Shown here one piece after another: positions 47,478 through 56,112 of a DNA stretch of 64,000 nucleotides. The position numbers and the translations under genes are program-made. Under the pieces are notes generated by a model, which saw only the letters and a list, made by a program, of their open reading frames with translations, did no database searches and was not told the origin of the DNA. This DNA is from Terriglobia bacterium (GTDB lineage Bacteria > Acidobacteriota > Terriglobia > UBA7540). Within the stretch, counting starts at the first letter, position 1; every line of letters begins with the position of its first letter. The stretch lies in contig JBOGJS010000130.1 in NCBI GenBank assembly GCA_050745365.1, positions 4,857 to 68,856 on the forward strand, given 5' to 3'.

Positions 47478-49724
47478 ATGTCTAACGCGAGCAAGAACAA
47501 CTACTTCTTCTTGAATCGGGAAGGCCGCTGGCCTGAATTCAAATGGAGCGGTCTCGACTTGCGCGAGGATGGTTCGCTCGAGCTTTCGTCGCTCCCCCTG
47601 CTCGCGAGCGTTCTGCCGAGCACGGTGAAGACGGCGCCCACTCCCAGCGGCCCGACGGGCCTGGCGATGGACCCGACCGGTACGCTTTATTTCAGTGACC
47701 CCGAGCGGAACTGCGTTCAGCGAATTTTGGGGTGTGATGGCGCCATTGTTGGTGCCTCCTGCATGGGCGGGACGAATGGCCAGGCAACCCATTTCAAAGC
47801 TCCGCGCGGCCTTTTGATTCCAGCGGGCAGATCCTCTCTGCTCGTCGCAGACAGCGAAAACCACCGCATCCAGGTTTTTGACCTCAACCCCTTCCAATTG
47901 GTCGAAATCTGGGGTCAGGCGAATCCCGCCGCGGCCCCTCAGCCCGGCTCGCAGCCGGGCGAGTTAAATACGCCTTGGACCTTGGCCGGCGATTCCTGCG
48001 GGAACACCTACGTTGTAGACTACGGCAACCGGCGAATTCAGAAGTTCAATGCGCTCGGGGAGGTGGCCCCCACCTTCTGGAACAACATCCAAGCCTCCGG
48101 CTTGCTCCACCAGCCGGCCGAAATCGCCGTGTGGGAACCGAACGCCACGATCCAAGTCCTTGTCGTGGATACTTCTCCTTCGCCCGCGATCTTTGTTTTC
48201 GATGGCGAGGGCCGCGCGGTTCTTGATTCTCACGGCCAAGCTCGTAGGCTCACTGACAATCACCTCAAACGAGCGATGGGCATCGTCGCTGCCGGAGACA
48301 GCCTCTATGTCGCGGACAATTCTGCCGAGCGCGTATTCCGATTTCGAATTGGAGACTGTTTCGAGTACGTCGGCGAGGCGATCGGCTACAACGGACCGGC
48401 TGCGGCCCTGCTGCTGGATCGAAGGGGCGGGCTGTGGGTGCATCCAGGCGGTTCGCTCTCGCCCGTTAAGCTGCAAACTCAGCAAGGCTCGACAACGGTA
48501 GGGTCTCTATGGAGCCACATGCCTCTCCAGGTGCCCGATCGCCAAGTGACGTGGCATCTCTTGCAAGCTCTCGCCAGACCACTTGCTTTGAATGCGCACC
48601 TGGACCTCTTTGCTTACGCGTCGAACGATCTGGCGCATCCCCCGAAAGTGGATCTGAGCGCGGATAATCCTTTCGCCGGTGACCCCAAGTGGCAATCTGT
48701 GCCCGACGCCGCCAATCTCGACGTGACCGAACTCTACATTGGCGGCGCAAAAGCGAAGTATCTCTGGGTCGGAGCGCTCTTTTCGGGTGACGGCACGGTG
48801 AGTCCCGTGGTCCGGCAGTTGCGCGTCGAGTTCGACTATCCGAGCTACGCCCAGTACCTTCCTGCCGTGTACCGAGACAACGCGAACTGTGGAGAATTCC
48901 TGCCCCGCTTGCTCTCACTCTTCCAAAGCCTTTTCGGCGGTGTTGAGCACGAGATCAACTCCCTCCCGATTCTCTTTGACCCGAAAGCGGCTCCCAAGAC
49001 CTTTCTCGCCTGGCTGGCAGGCTGTCTGGGACTCGATCTTGACGATAACTGGGACCAGGAGCAACAGCGGAAGATCATCGCTGAGATTTTCCACTTGTCC
49101 GGGTGGAGAGGAACGGCGAAAGGGTTGCGCGAGTATCTGCGGCTGTTTGCCGGCGTTGAAGCCATCATCGAAGAGCCGATTCTCAACGCTGCCTGGTGGT
49201 CATTGCCGAGCGCGGAGGGTAGCTGCTACCCGGCCTGCGCATCGAGCTCGGCATCCAGTTCGCCAACTTGGCAGGACACGCAGAATTCCTCCCTCGGATG
49301 GACCACGATGCTGGCCCCTGCGCAGCCTCAAGGCGCTGTGGTCGGCACTTCCGCCGTTCTCGACCAGTCACAACTCATCACCGATGAGGATTTTGGAGCC
49401 CCGCTCTTTACGGACATCTCATATCAGTTCAGCGTCCAGGTCTATCGCAGCCAGGTGATGTGCCAGAACGCGGTGGCGGGTATCAAGGGGGTCCTGGACC
49501 AGGAGAAGCCGGCTCACACCTCCTATCATCTCTGCATCATTGATCCACGCTTCCGCGTGGGATTCCAAAGCCGGCTGGGAATCGACACAGTCGTTGGGGG
49601 CCTCCCCCGCAGCCTGACGTTGGGAACAGATCAGGCTCTGGGCCAAGCTACAGTGCTGGCAGGAGCGAATCACAGCTTCTTGGGAGTGGAAAGTACCTTG
49701 GGAGTGAATACACGCCTTGGTTGA
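47478..49724 (+). CDS. NHL-repeat beta-propeller fused to a phage tail protein I (P2 gpI-like) domain
   Basis: NHL blades (LYFSDPERNCVQRI, ENHRIQVFD, GNRRIQKFN, SAERVFRFR). gpI-like block LPAVYRDNANCGEFLPRLLSLFQSLF...FDPKAAPKTFLAWLAGCLGLDLDDNWDQEQQRKIIAEIFHLSGWRGTAKGLREYL. Confidence 0.75.
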   Translation: MSNASKNNYFFLNREGRWPEFKWSGLDLREDGSLELSSLPLLASVLPSTVKTAPTPSGPTGLAMDPTGTLYFSDPERNCVQRILGCDGAIVGASCMGGTNGQATHFKAPRGLLIPAGRSSLLVADSENHRIQVFDLNPFQLVEIWGQANPAAAPQPGSQPGELNTPWTLAGDSCGNTYVVDYGNRRIQKFNALGEVAPTFWNNIQASGLLHQPAEIAVWEPNATIQVLVVDTSPSPAIFVFDGEGRAVLDSHGQARRLTDNHLKRAMGIVAAGDSLYVADNSAERVFRFRIGDCFEYVGEAIGYNGPAAALLLDRRGGLWVHPGGSLSPVKLQTQQGSTTVGSLWSHMPLQVPDRQVTWHLLQALARPLALNAHLDLFAYASNDLAHPPKVDLSADNPFAGDPKWQSVPDAANLDVTELYIGGAKAKYLWVGALFSGDGTVSPVVRQLRVEFDYPSYAQYLPAVYRDNANCGEFLPRLLSLFQSLFGGVEHEINSLPILFDPKAAPKTFLAWLAGCLGLDLDDNWDQEQQRKIIAEIFHLSGWRGTAKGLREYLRLFAGVEAIIEEPILNAAWWSLPSAEGSCYPACASSSASSSPTWQDTQNSSLGWTTMLAPAQPQGAVVGTSAVLDQSQLITDEDFGAPLFTDISYQFSVQVYRSQVMCQNAVAGIKGVLDQEKPAHTSYHLCIIDPRFRVGFQSRLGIDTVVGGLPRSLTLGTDQALGQATVLAGANHSFLGVESTLGVNTRLG

Positions 49725-49755
49725 AGAGAATAGCCTCAGGCGAGGAGGATGAAAG

Positions 49756-50589
49756 ATGTCAAATAACTGTCAATCGGTTGCCTCGGTCGATGTATGTCCG
49801 CCGGTGCGTAACCGCTTTTTCTACGGGAAACTGTTAGACGTCTACCACTTCGAGCTCGAGCAGAACTACTTCAACTCCAAACGCTGGATGTTGAACCGGC
49901 TCGTCTCGGGATATGGAGTGATCTGCGGCTTGAATGTCCTCTTGGGCCAGGATGGCGAGAGCGTTGTGGTCACGCCGGGAGTGGCGATTGACAAATGCGG
50001 CCGCGAAGTAATTGTCTGCAAGCAATCGGCGCCAATTACGTTGCCCCCTCCGCAAGCGCCGCCTTCCTCCGGTTCCGCTCAGAACGGCTCGACTGCAGCC
50101 TCTGCGCCAGCAAATGGGGCTGCCCAACCGGCCGCGCAGGCCACCGGGTGTTCCGATACCGGGCTACACCAGTACCTTTCGATCTGCTACCACGAATGTC
50201 TGGCCGATCCGTCACCCGCCCTGGGAGGGGACTGCGACACGCAAGCTCTGTGCACCCCGGGATCTGTCCGCGAGGGGTATTGCCTCAAGTTGACGGATGG
50301 GAAGCTCTGCCCCGCCAGCACCACATCGCATCTTCAGGATGTGATTTCAGGCGGAGCCCTCAACTACGCGGCGCTGGCGAATTACATCAGCAATACACCG
50401 TGTGCTGGCACCTCGAAGGACAGTTGCATTCCCCTGGCCAACATTCAGATCCCGGCGCCGCCTGCGAATTACACCCAGAACAGTATCGATATCACCGTCC
50501 GCCCCATCGTCTATACGCTCGACATGCTCTATGACTTGCTCCTGGCCTGGATGAACCAAGGCCAAGCTCAATCGCGCGGTGGGAAGTAA
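49756..50589 (+). CDS. fibre-like paralog F3
   Basis: RNRFFYGKLLDVYHFELEQNYFNSKRWMLNRLVSGYGVICGL...VTPGVAIDKCGREVIV. Confidence 0.6.
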   Translation: MSNNCQSVASVDVCPPVRNRFFYGKLLDVYHFELEQNYFNSKRWMLNRLVSGYGVICGLNVLLGQDGESVVVTPGVAIDKCGREVIVCKQSAPITLPPPQAPPSSGSAQNGSTAASAPANGAAQPAAQATGCSDTGLHQYLSICYHECLADPSPALGGDCDTQALCTPGSVREGYCLKLTDGKLCPASTTSHLQDVISGGALNYAALANYISNTPCAGTSKDSCIPLANIQIPAPPANYTQNSIDITVRPIVYTLDMLYDLLLAWMNQGQAQSRGGK

Positions 50590-50607
50590 AAACGAAGGAG
50601 AAATGCG

Positions 50608-51999
50608 ATGAATGCCAATTGCTGTCGAAGATCTACAAATCCCTGCGATAGCACGATCGCGGAACGGCCCCGTTATTATCCGCGCCAGTTGATCACGCCA
50701 GATGATCTGACACTCGAGCAGAACTATTTTCGCGATCGTATGCGCCGGCACAACCGCCTTCTGCACGGCTGGGGTGTGGTATGCGGCGGAGTTGTCTGCC
50801 CGGTCGCCACAACGAATGCAGACGGCACCACGTCTTTTACGCCCTGGCAGGTGAAGGTGCAGCAGGGCTACGTTCTCGGGCCATACGGCGATGAGATCAT
50901 TCTCGACTGCTCGCGCACGGTAGATTTGCGCACCACAGGCATCTCTGGGGTCGCCGGTGAGCCTTCGATCGATGCTCCCGATCCCTGGTGCAGCCAGGTT
51001 TTTACCCCGCCTTCCACCACCAACGTCCTCTACATTGCCGTGAAGTACAAGCAGGCAATGACGCGGCCAGTTCGCGTGCAGCCGGTCGGGTGCGGCTGTG
51101 ATAATACCAGTTGCGAATACTCTCGCTGGCGCGACGGCTACGAAATTGGAGTTCTCCAGACGTGTCCAGCATGCAATGCCTGCAACGCGACTGCCCTTCC
51201 TCCGCCCAATACCCAAAACTTGGCAACGGGGGCCATCCCCACGTGCCCCGATTGCTCGTGTGGCCCGTGGGTTTGCCTGGCGCAAGTGACGCTGGGTTTG
51301 AACGGAACGATTCAACAGATTGACAACTGCTCTTGCCGGCGACTCGTTCTGTCGCTATGCAACTTCTGGTGGCGGGGCACGTGCGCAGGCACGACGACTA
51401 CCATTTCGGGAGTGACGTCGGCGTCTGGCAGCGCCGGGACGCCACAGGTTCCAGCAGACGGGCAGACGCAGGTTTCTCTCACCGTGAGTGGAACTAATCT
51501 CGAGACCGGTCCGGGCGTAATCTATAGCTTCGGTCCTGGTATCTCGGTCATCGTAACCGGTCAGACATCCACGCTGCAGACAGGGCTCACTTCTGTTGGC
51601 CTCACTGTAACTGCCCAAGCGACGGCCAGTCCTGGACTCTACAATCTCACCGTCGTCAATCCGGATTGCAGCGTTGTCGTTTTTGGAAACGCTCTCCAGG
51701 TGGTTGCGCCGACGAGCGGGGGCGGGACGTATCCGGGCGGCCCAGCGGGCGGTAGCGGTCCGGCCGGCTCTGCTGCACCGTCGACTCCGGCCAAACCCGC
51801 GGCCACACCAGCGAGTGCAGGAGATCAACCCACGATGAAGGGCGGAACGGCTGCGCCAGCGGCACCGACTGCCGCACAGCCAGGCGTGCCCAGCGCAAAC
51901 ACTGCGCCAGAAACACCCGCGGCGTCATCAACTCCGGCAGCGCCAAAGCGGGCGGCCAAAACGACCAAGCCGCCAGCAGAGAAGCCGCCAGGTAGCTAA
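50608..51999 (+). CDS. fibre-like paralog F4 with Ig-like domain and Pro/Ala/Thr-rich tail
   Basis: RPRYYPRQLITPDDLTLEQNYFRDRMRRHNRLLHGWGVVCGG...GYVLGPYGDEIIL; then a Cys-rich region, an Ig-like segment (QVSLTVSGTNL...GLYNLTVVNPD) and a ~90-aa P/A/T low-complexity C-terminus. Confidence 0.6.
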   Translation: MNANCCRRSTNPCDSTIAERPRYYPRQLITPDDLTLEQNYFRDRMRRHNRLLHGWGVVCGGVVCPVATTNADGTTSFTPWQVKVQQGYVLGPYGDEIILDCSRTVDLRTTGISGVAGEPSIDAPDPWCSQVFTPPSTTNVLYIAVKYKQAMTRPVRVQPVGCGCDNTSCEYSRWRDGYEIGVLQTCPACNACNATALPPPNTQNLATGAIPTCPDCSCGPWVCLAQVTLGLNGTIQQIDNCSCRRLVLSLCNFWWRGTCAGTTTTISGVTSASGSAGTPQVPADGQTQVSLTVSGTNLETGPGVIYSFGPGISVIVTGQTSTLQTGLTSVGLTVTAQATASPGLYNLTVVNPDCSVVVFGNALQVVAPTSGGGTYPGGPAGGSGPAGSAAPSTPAKPAATPASAGDQPTMKGGTAAPAAPTAAQPGVPSANTAPETPAASSTPAAPKRAAKTTKPPAEKPPGS

Positions 52000-52080
52000 A
52001 CGCGCGCGGGCAGGATCGACCATGAAAGCACGGTTGCTGGACAAGACGATCGGAGTATTTGACCGGGTTATTAGAGGCCG

Positions 52081-55000
52081 ATGAGCGAGAAAACAAAAAC
52101 GGAACAGGTTCAAGCGAAGGCCAGGGAGGGTTCTCACGGCAGAACGCAAGCTGCCGATGGGCAGCCCTTTCAGCCGACCTTCAATCCTCTTTTCGGCCTT
52201 CAGCGCAACTTGGGCAACCAAGCAGTCCTCCGCCTCCTTGAGTCCGGCGCTTGTATTCAACGCTTCCCCGCCGATCAAACACCCGCTCCAGAGCCAGTGG
52301 GAACCGTCCCGAGGTCGGCCACCGCGCCGAGTCGTGGGGCCACTCGCCCGCCGCTTATCGTTGATGACGATGCTCTGGCAATCGCACCCGGCCAGATGAA
52401 GAAGAGCCGGTTCATGGCAGAACTCCGCAACCGAGTGTGTGCGACCGCTAATGCCGCTCTCGCGGCGGTCGGACGTTCGACAAAAAGCTGCCCATACATC
52501 GAACAGTGGCTAGCTTTCTATTCAGCGCAGGGGAGCGGCCACATTGAACGGGCGATCAATAGGTACGCGCCGGAATCTGCCCGCGCGAATCGAGCGCAGG
52601 AGTATTTCTCGATCATCGATGAGCGGGTACGCCAAGCGGTAACAACGTGGGCGAAAACGGGACGGATCACCGGAGTTCCGCCCGGCGTTCCTCTGATGCC
52701 AGGCCCCTCGGGACCGCTGGCTGCAGAGGCATCTCCCGGTACTGGGACACAGGGCGGCCAAGCTGAAACGCCAGAGGCACCTTCGATTCCTGGCGTCGAA
52801 AGCCGACCCGCCGAAAGTGCACGAGACCTGGCAGTCTCTTCCCCGCCAGTTCAGAAGGTTCTCGCCAAGGGTCGAGATGGAGGAAGCCCAAGGCCAACAG
52901 ATGCTGAGGCGGTTCGGGAACGGCTAGGAACGGGGCGACCCCTGGACGGCCACCTGAAGTCGCGCATGGAATCCGCTTTCGGCCAGAGCTTCTCCGGCGT
53001 CCGTCTTCACACGGACTCGAGCGCCGCAAAGCTATCTACCGAACTTAATGCGCGCGCCTTCACCCTAGGAAGCGACATCGCTTTCGGCCCGGGCGAGTAC
53101 CAGCCGGGAAGCTTAGTTGGTGATGCTCTCGTCGCTCACGAATTGGCTCACGTCGTTCAGCAGGGGGCCGAAAAAGCATCCTCGACAACGGTGGCAAGGG
53201 CGCGGGGCGACTACGAGTCCTTGGAAGAGGACGCCGACGTCTCGGCCGTGGGAGCCCTGACAACACTGTGGTCTGGCGCAAGGGGCAAACTCGCCGATAT
53301 CGGTACGCATGCCATGCCCCGCCTGAGATCGGGGCTGCGACTCCAACGCTGCGGCACCACCGAAAAGATGCCGACGAACCTGACTACGGTGGACGCGAAG
53401 GCGGCCTGGATCAAGCAGACGCTGGCCAGCTCAACGACGTATTTTGAGACGCCCGGGGACGTCATGAGCCGCACCAAGAGCCAGGCCATCGCGGACATGC
53501 TGGGCACGCTCTCGGTAGCGGAGTTCATGGACATACAGTCTAAGCTCGATATGAAAGCCGTATTGGAGGCGTTGGAGGATTGGGATGCGGTGCGGGTCGG
53601 CACTTTCGGTCCGATCAAGGAGAAGCACGACGAACTTAACCGAATTCGCGCCGACATGATCTTTGAGACTACACGCGACCGCGGCGCAGCCGAATCAGAG
53701 GTCGTCACTCATTGGATGTTCAACAATATGGTGGGCGACGATATAGGGGCGGTGCTGACGCTTCTGGGAGCGGACCAACACCTTTACAACACCGTGGACG
53801 ACATGCCGGCCGTTCTGGAACTGCTGAAACAGCGCGGCATTCGCCGCAGTCGTTTCCACGATCGCGGGTGGAAAGGCGGCGACATCCCAAAGGGGGCCGT
53901 GCATTTTGTTGGCTCGGTTCTCGACTCAAGCCAGGCAGCAAAAGATAGCAAGGGCTTTAAATATGGATTCCGGGACCTGGATCTGCCGAAGGAATATAGC
54001 GAGGCCATGACAAAGGTCGAGGAGGCCGAATTCGAAAAGGCGCTTTCGCCGGGCAACATGGCGTTCGGCGCGCTCGACTACATCACGTTCGGCATCCCAT
54101 CCACGATCAAGGGATTCGTCGGCGGCACCATCTCGGGCATCGAAGACATCTCCGAAGGCCACGTGGAGGCTGGAACCGAGAAGCTGACCGGCTCGCTGGT
54201 GTTGGTCGTGACCGTGGCGCTGGGTGTACGTGCATTTCGCAAGAGCGCGCGTATGGCCAGGATGATCGAGATGACCGAAGAGGGACACGCAGCGGCAGTC
54301 AAGCTGCGGGCCTCGATTGGGCAGGCCGGCATCGATCGCGTGGCGAAGTATGTTCAATCCGATACGCAGGCTGCGTTCCTGGTGCGAGAGCAGGGACTGG
54401 CCGGTATCGAGGCGCTCGAAAAGGCCGGAGGCAATGTGGCGGCGGCGCGCAAGATCATTGGTGTGGACGTGGCCCGTCTGGGACCGCTGCTGACCGCCGA
54501 CACGCTGGCTGGATTGACGCTCGAAACACAGCAGGCGCTGGCCACTCTCTCCGACAAGGCGCTCTCAGGAATGGCCGGAGTCGACTCGGCGACGATGGAA
54601 TCGCTGGCCCAAACTCTACGTGAGAGCAGCCCAGCCATGCGGGCTCGGCTGACTGCCTTGGCGGAAAGCAACCCTAAAGCCTTCGGCGACCTGTTGCGAA
54701 CTCAGAAGTCGGCGGCGATCGACATGCTGCGAACGGGGCCGTTCTCGACCGTCGAAGACTTAGCCGGCGAGGTCGGCAAGTCCGCCAAGCGAGTGCGCAT
54801 ACCGGTGGTCAAAGATGGCAAAACCCTCTATGAAAGCATCGATCCGAACAAACCGCCGCCCGGTTGGACCTTCAAAGACACCGTGTTGGGCAAGAAGGGC
54901 AGTGTCGTGACCATCCGCACCGACGTCACCAGCGGGGGCGCGACTGGGCATTTTATTCGGCGGTTCAACACGGCAACCGGCGAGTTGGAGATGCTGGAGG

Positions 55001-55533
55001 GTTTCCTAAGCTCGGAACCAGGCGAGCCGTCGCTGCCCGGCAACGTGCGGGGTGGCGTGGAGCTTCGACCTGGCAAAGGGACATCCACCCAGACCTATGC
55101 CACGCTGCGCCAGCTCAGAGGGCTGGGCGTAGAAATGGGCGGGGTGCACAAGCTCGTCATGCGGGATATCGAGAATTTTCGGAGCATCTGCCGACTCGAA
55201 TGGCTGAAACGAAACTTTCCGGGGCGCTCACTCAACGAACTTGCGGCCAGTACCGATTCGATCAGCTATGCCTCCACCACAGTGGAGCAATCCGGATCGC
55301 GCATTGTGGCTGTGCGATTAACGGGCGGCAAGGTTCAACCGATCGGGAATCTCATGGGGGAATATGAAACTCGAGCTCTTGCCCAAGGAAAAGAAGAGGC
55401 CGCGAAGGTTCGGGCGGATCATGACGAAATCCTGAAGCAGTATGGCTTCGACCGCGCCACTCCGATGCTGACCAAGTTCGATCTGGAAGCTGATCTGGAG
55501 AAGATCCCGGCAGGAGGGGGTGGCACACAATGA
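52081..55533 (+). CDS. DUF4157-domain protein, putative eCIS cargo/effector (1150 aa)
   Basis: Leader GLQRNLGNQAVLRLL (52195-52239). DUF4157 block RPLDGHLKSRMESAFGQSFSGVRLHTDSSAAKLSTELNARAFTLGSDIAFGPGEY...AHELAHVVQQ (HExxH at 53137-53151). Two hydrophobic segments about 54050-54240. ~450-aa C-terminal region with no motif I recognise. Confidence 0.8.
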   Translation: MSEKTKTEQVQAKAREGSHGRTQAADGQPFQPTFNPLFGLQRNLGNQAVLRLLESGACIQRFPADQTPAPEPVGTVPRSATAPSRGATRPPLIVDDDALAIAPGQMKKSRFMAELRNRVCATANAALAAVGRSTKSCPYIEQWLAFYSAQGSGHIERAINRYAPESARANRAQEYFSIIDERVRQAVTTWAKTGRITGVPPGVPLMPGPSGPLAAEASPGTGTQGGQAETPEAPSIPGVESRPAESARDLAVSSPPVQKVLAKGRDGGSPRPTDAEAVRERLGTGRPLDGHLKSRMESAFGQSFSGVRLHTDSSAAKLSTELNARAFTLGSDIAFGPGEYQPGSLVGDALVAHELAHVVQQGAEKASSTTVARARGDYESLEEDADVSAVGALTTLWSGARGKLADIGTHAMPRLRSGLRLQRCGTTEKMPTNLTTVDAKAAWIKQTLASSTTYFETPGDVMSRTKSQAIADMLGTLSVAEFMDIQSKLDMKAVLEALEDWDAVRVGTFGPIKEKHDELNRIRADMIFETTRDRGAAESEVVTHWMFNNMVGDDIGAVLTLLGADQHLYNTVDDMPAVLELLKQRGIRRSRFHDRGWKGGDIPKGAVHFVGSVLDSSQAAKDSKGFKYGFRDLDLPKEYSEAMTKVEEAEFEKALSPGNMAFGALDYITFGIPSTIKGFVGGTISGIEDISEGHVEAGTEKLTGSLVLVVTVALGVRAFRKSARMARMIEMTEEGHAAAVKLRASIGQAGIDRVAKYVQSDTQAAFLVREQGLAGIEALEKAGGNVAAARKIIGVDVARLGPLLTADTLAGLTLETQQALATLSDKALSGMAGVDSATMESLAQTLRESSPAMRARLTALAESNPKAFGDLLRTQKSAAIDMLRTGPFSTVEDLAGEVGKSAKRVRIPVVKDGKTLYESIDPNKPPPGWTFKDTVLGKKGSVVTIRTDVTSGGATGHFIRRFNTATGELEMLEGFLSSEPGEPSLPGNVRGGVELRPGKGTSTQTYATLRQLRGLGVEMGGVHKLVMRDIENFRSICRLEWLKRNFPGRSLNELAASTDSISYASTTVEQSGSRIVAVRLTGGKVQPIGNLMGEYETRALAQGKEEAAKVRADHDEILKQYGFDRATPMLTKFDLEADLEKIPAGGGGTQ

Positions 55534-56078
55534 TTCCTACCGTCCGCTTCACCATCTTGGTGGATACGGAGCTGCCGGCCACCGATATGCAAGGAAACCT
55601 GTTATTGTCGCAGGAGCGAGGGGCAGACCGGCTCGCCACAGCAATAGCGGCGCTTGGATATGAGGTGTCCGTTAGTGAGTCGCCGCTGGCTGCAGCCCCC
55701 CCGGATGGATGGCTGCTCTATTTCGGCGCCGATCCGGCAGAAGCTTTCGACCGTTGCGGATCAGAGCGGGAGGCGGTGAGGCGGCGACTGGCAATCATTG
55801 ACCAGGATCGCGTCACGGCACGCGAGCTGATGCAGGAGTTGGCCGTTCCGTTCGTGGTGACGTCGAGCTCTTACTCGAGCTGGCTGCGGAATTCGGTTTC
55901 ATACGCCCAGGTGGTGGCACCGCCGGCTTTGGCGCGAAATCTCGGCATCGTGCTCCCGCCCGAGGATCTGGCGGAGCCATTCGTACGTTTCAGCGTTGTG
56001 GGTATCCCGCTTCCGGAGGGGATTGCCCGCAGTTGCTTGGCCGTGACCCGTCGGCAGGGTCCGTCGAGCGGGGATTAG
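55530..56078 (+). CDS. hypothetical protein, candidate immunity/accessory partner of the DUF4157 protein
   Basis: ATGA start/stop overlap with the upstream gene; 182 aa; no motif or signal peptide recognised. Confidence 0.5.
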   Translation: MIPTVRFTILVDTELPATDMQGNLLLSQERGADRLATAIAALGYEVSVSESPLAAAPPDGWLLYFGADPAEAFDRCGSEREAVRRRLAIIDQDRVTARELMQELAVPFVVTSSSYSSWLRNSVSYAQVVAPPALARNLGIVLPPEDLAEPFVRFSVVGIPLPEGIARSCLAVTRRQGPSSGD

Positions 56079-56112
56079 CCAGAGGCGGCGAATCGCCTCA
56101 CCGGAGATTTCC

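Noticed and set aside
50347-51315. 322-aa minus-strand ORF antisense to fibre-like paralogs F3 and F4
   Set aside because: It spans an intergenic junction of the plus-strand operon, has no RBS or motif and has shadow-ORF composition.
28897-55533. Interpretation of the tail-gene block as a prophage or a T6SS
   Set aside because: There are no capsid, portal, terminase, lysis, replication or integrase genes. There are also no TssJ/L/M, TssA, Hcp-type tube or ClpV genes. The AAA+ ATPase, DUF4255 and DUF4157 context fits an eCIS.
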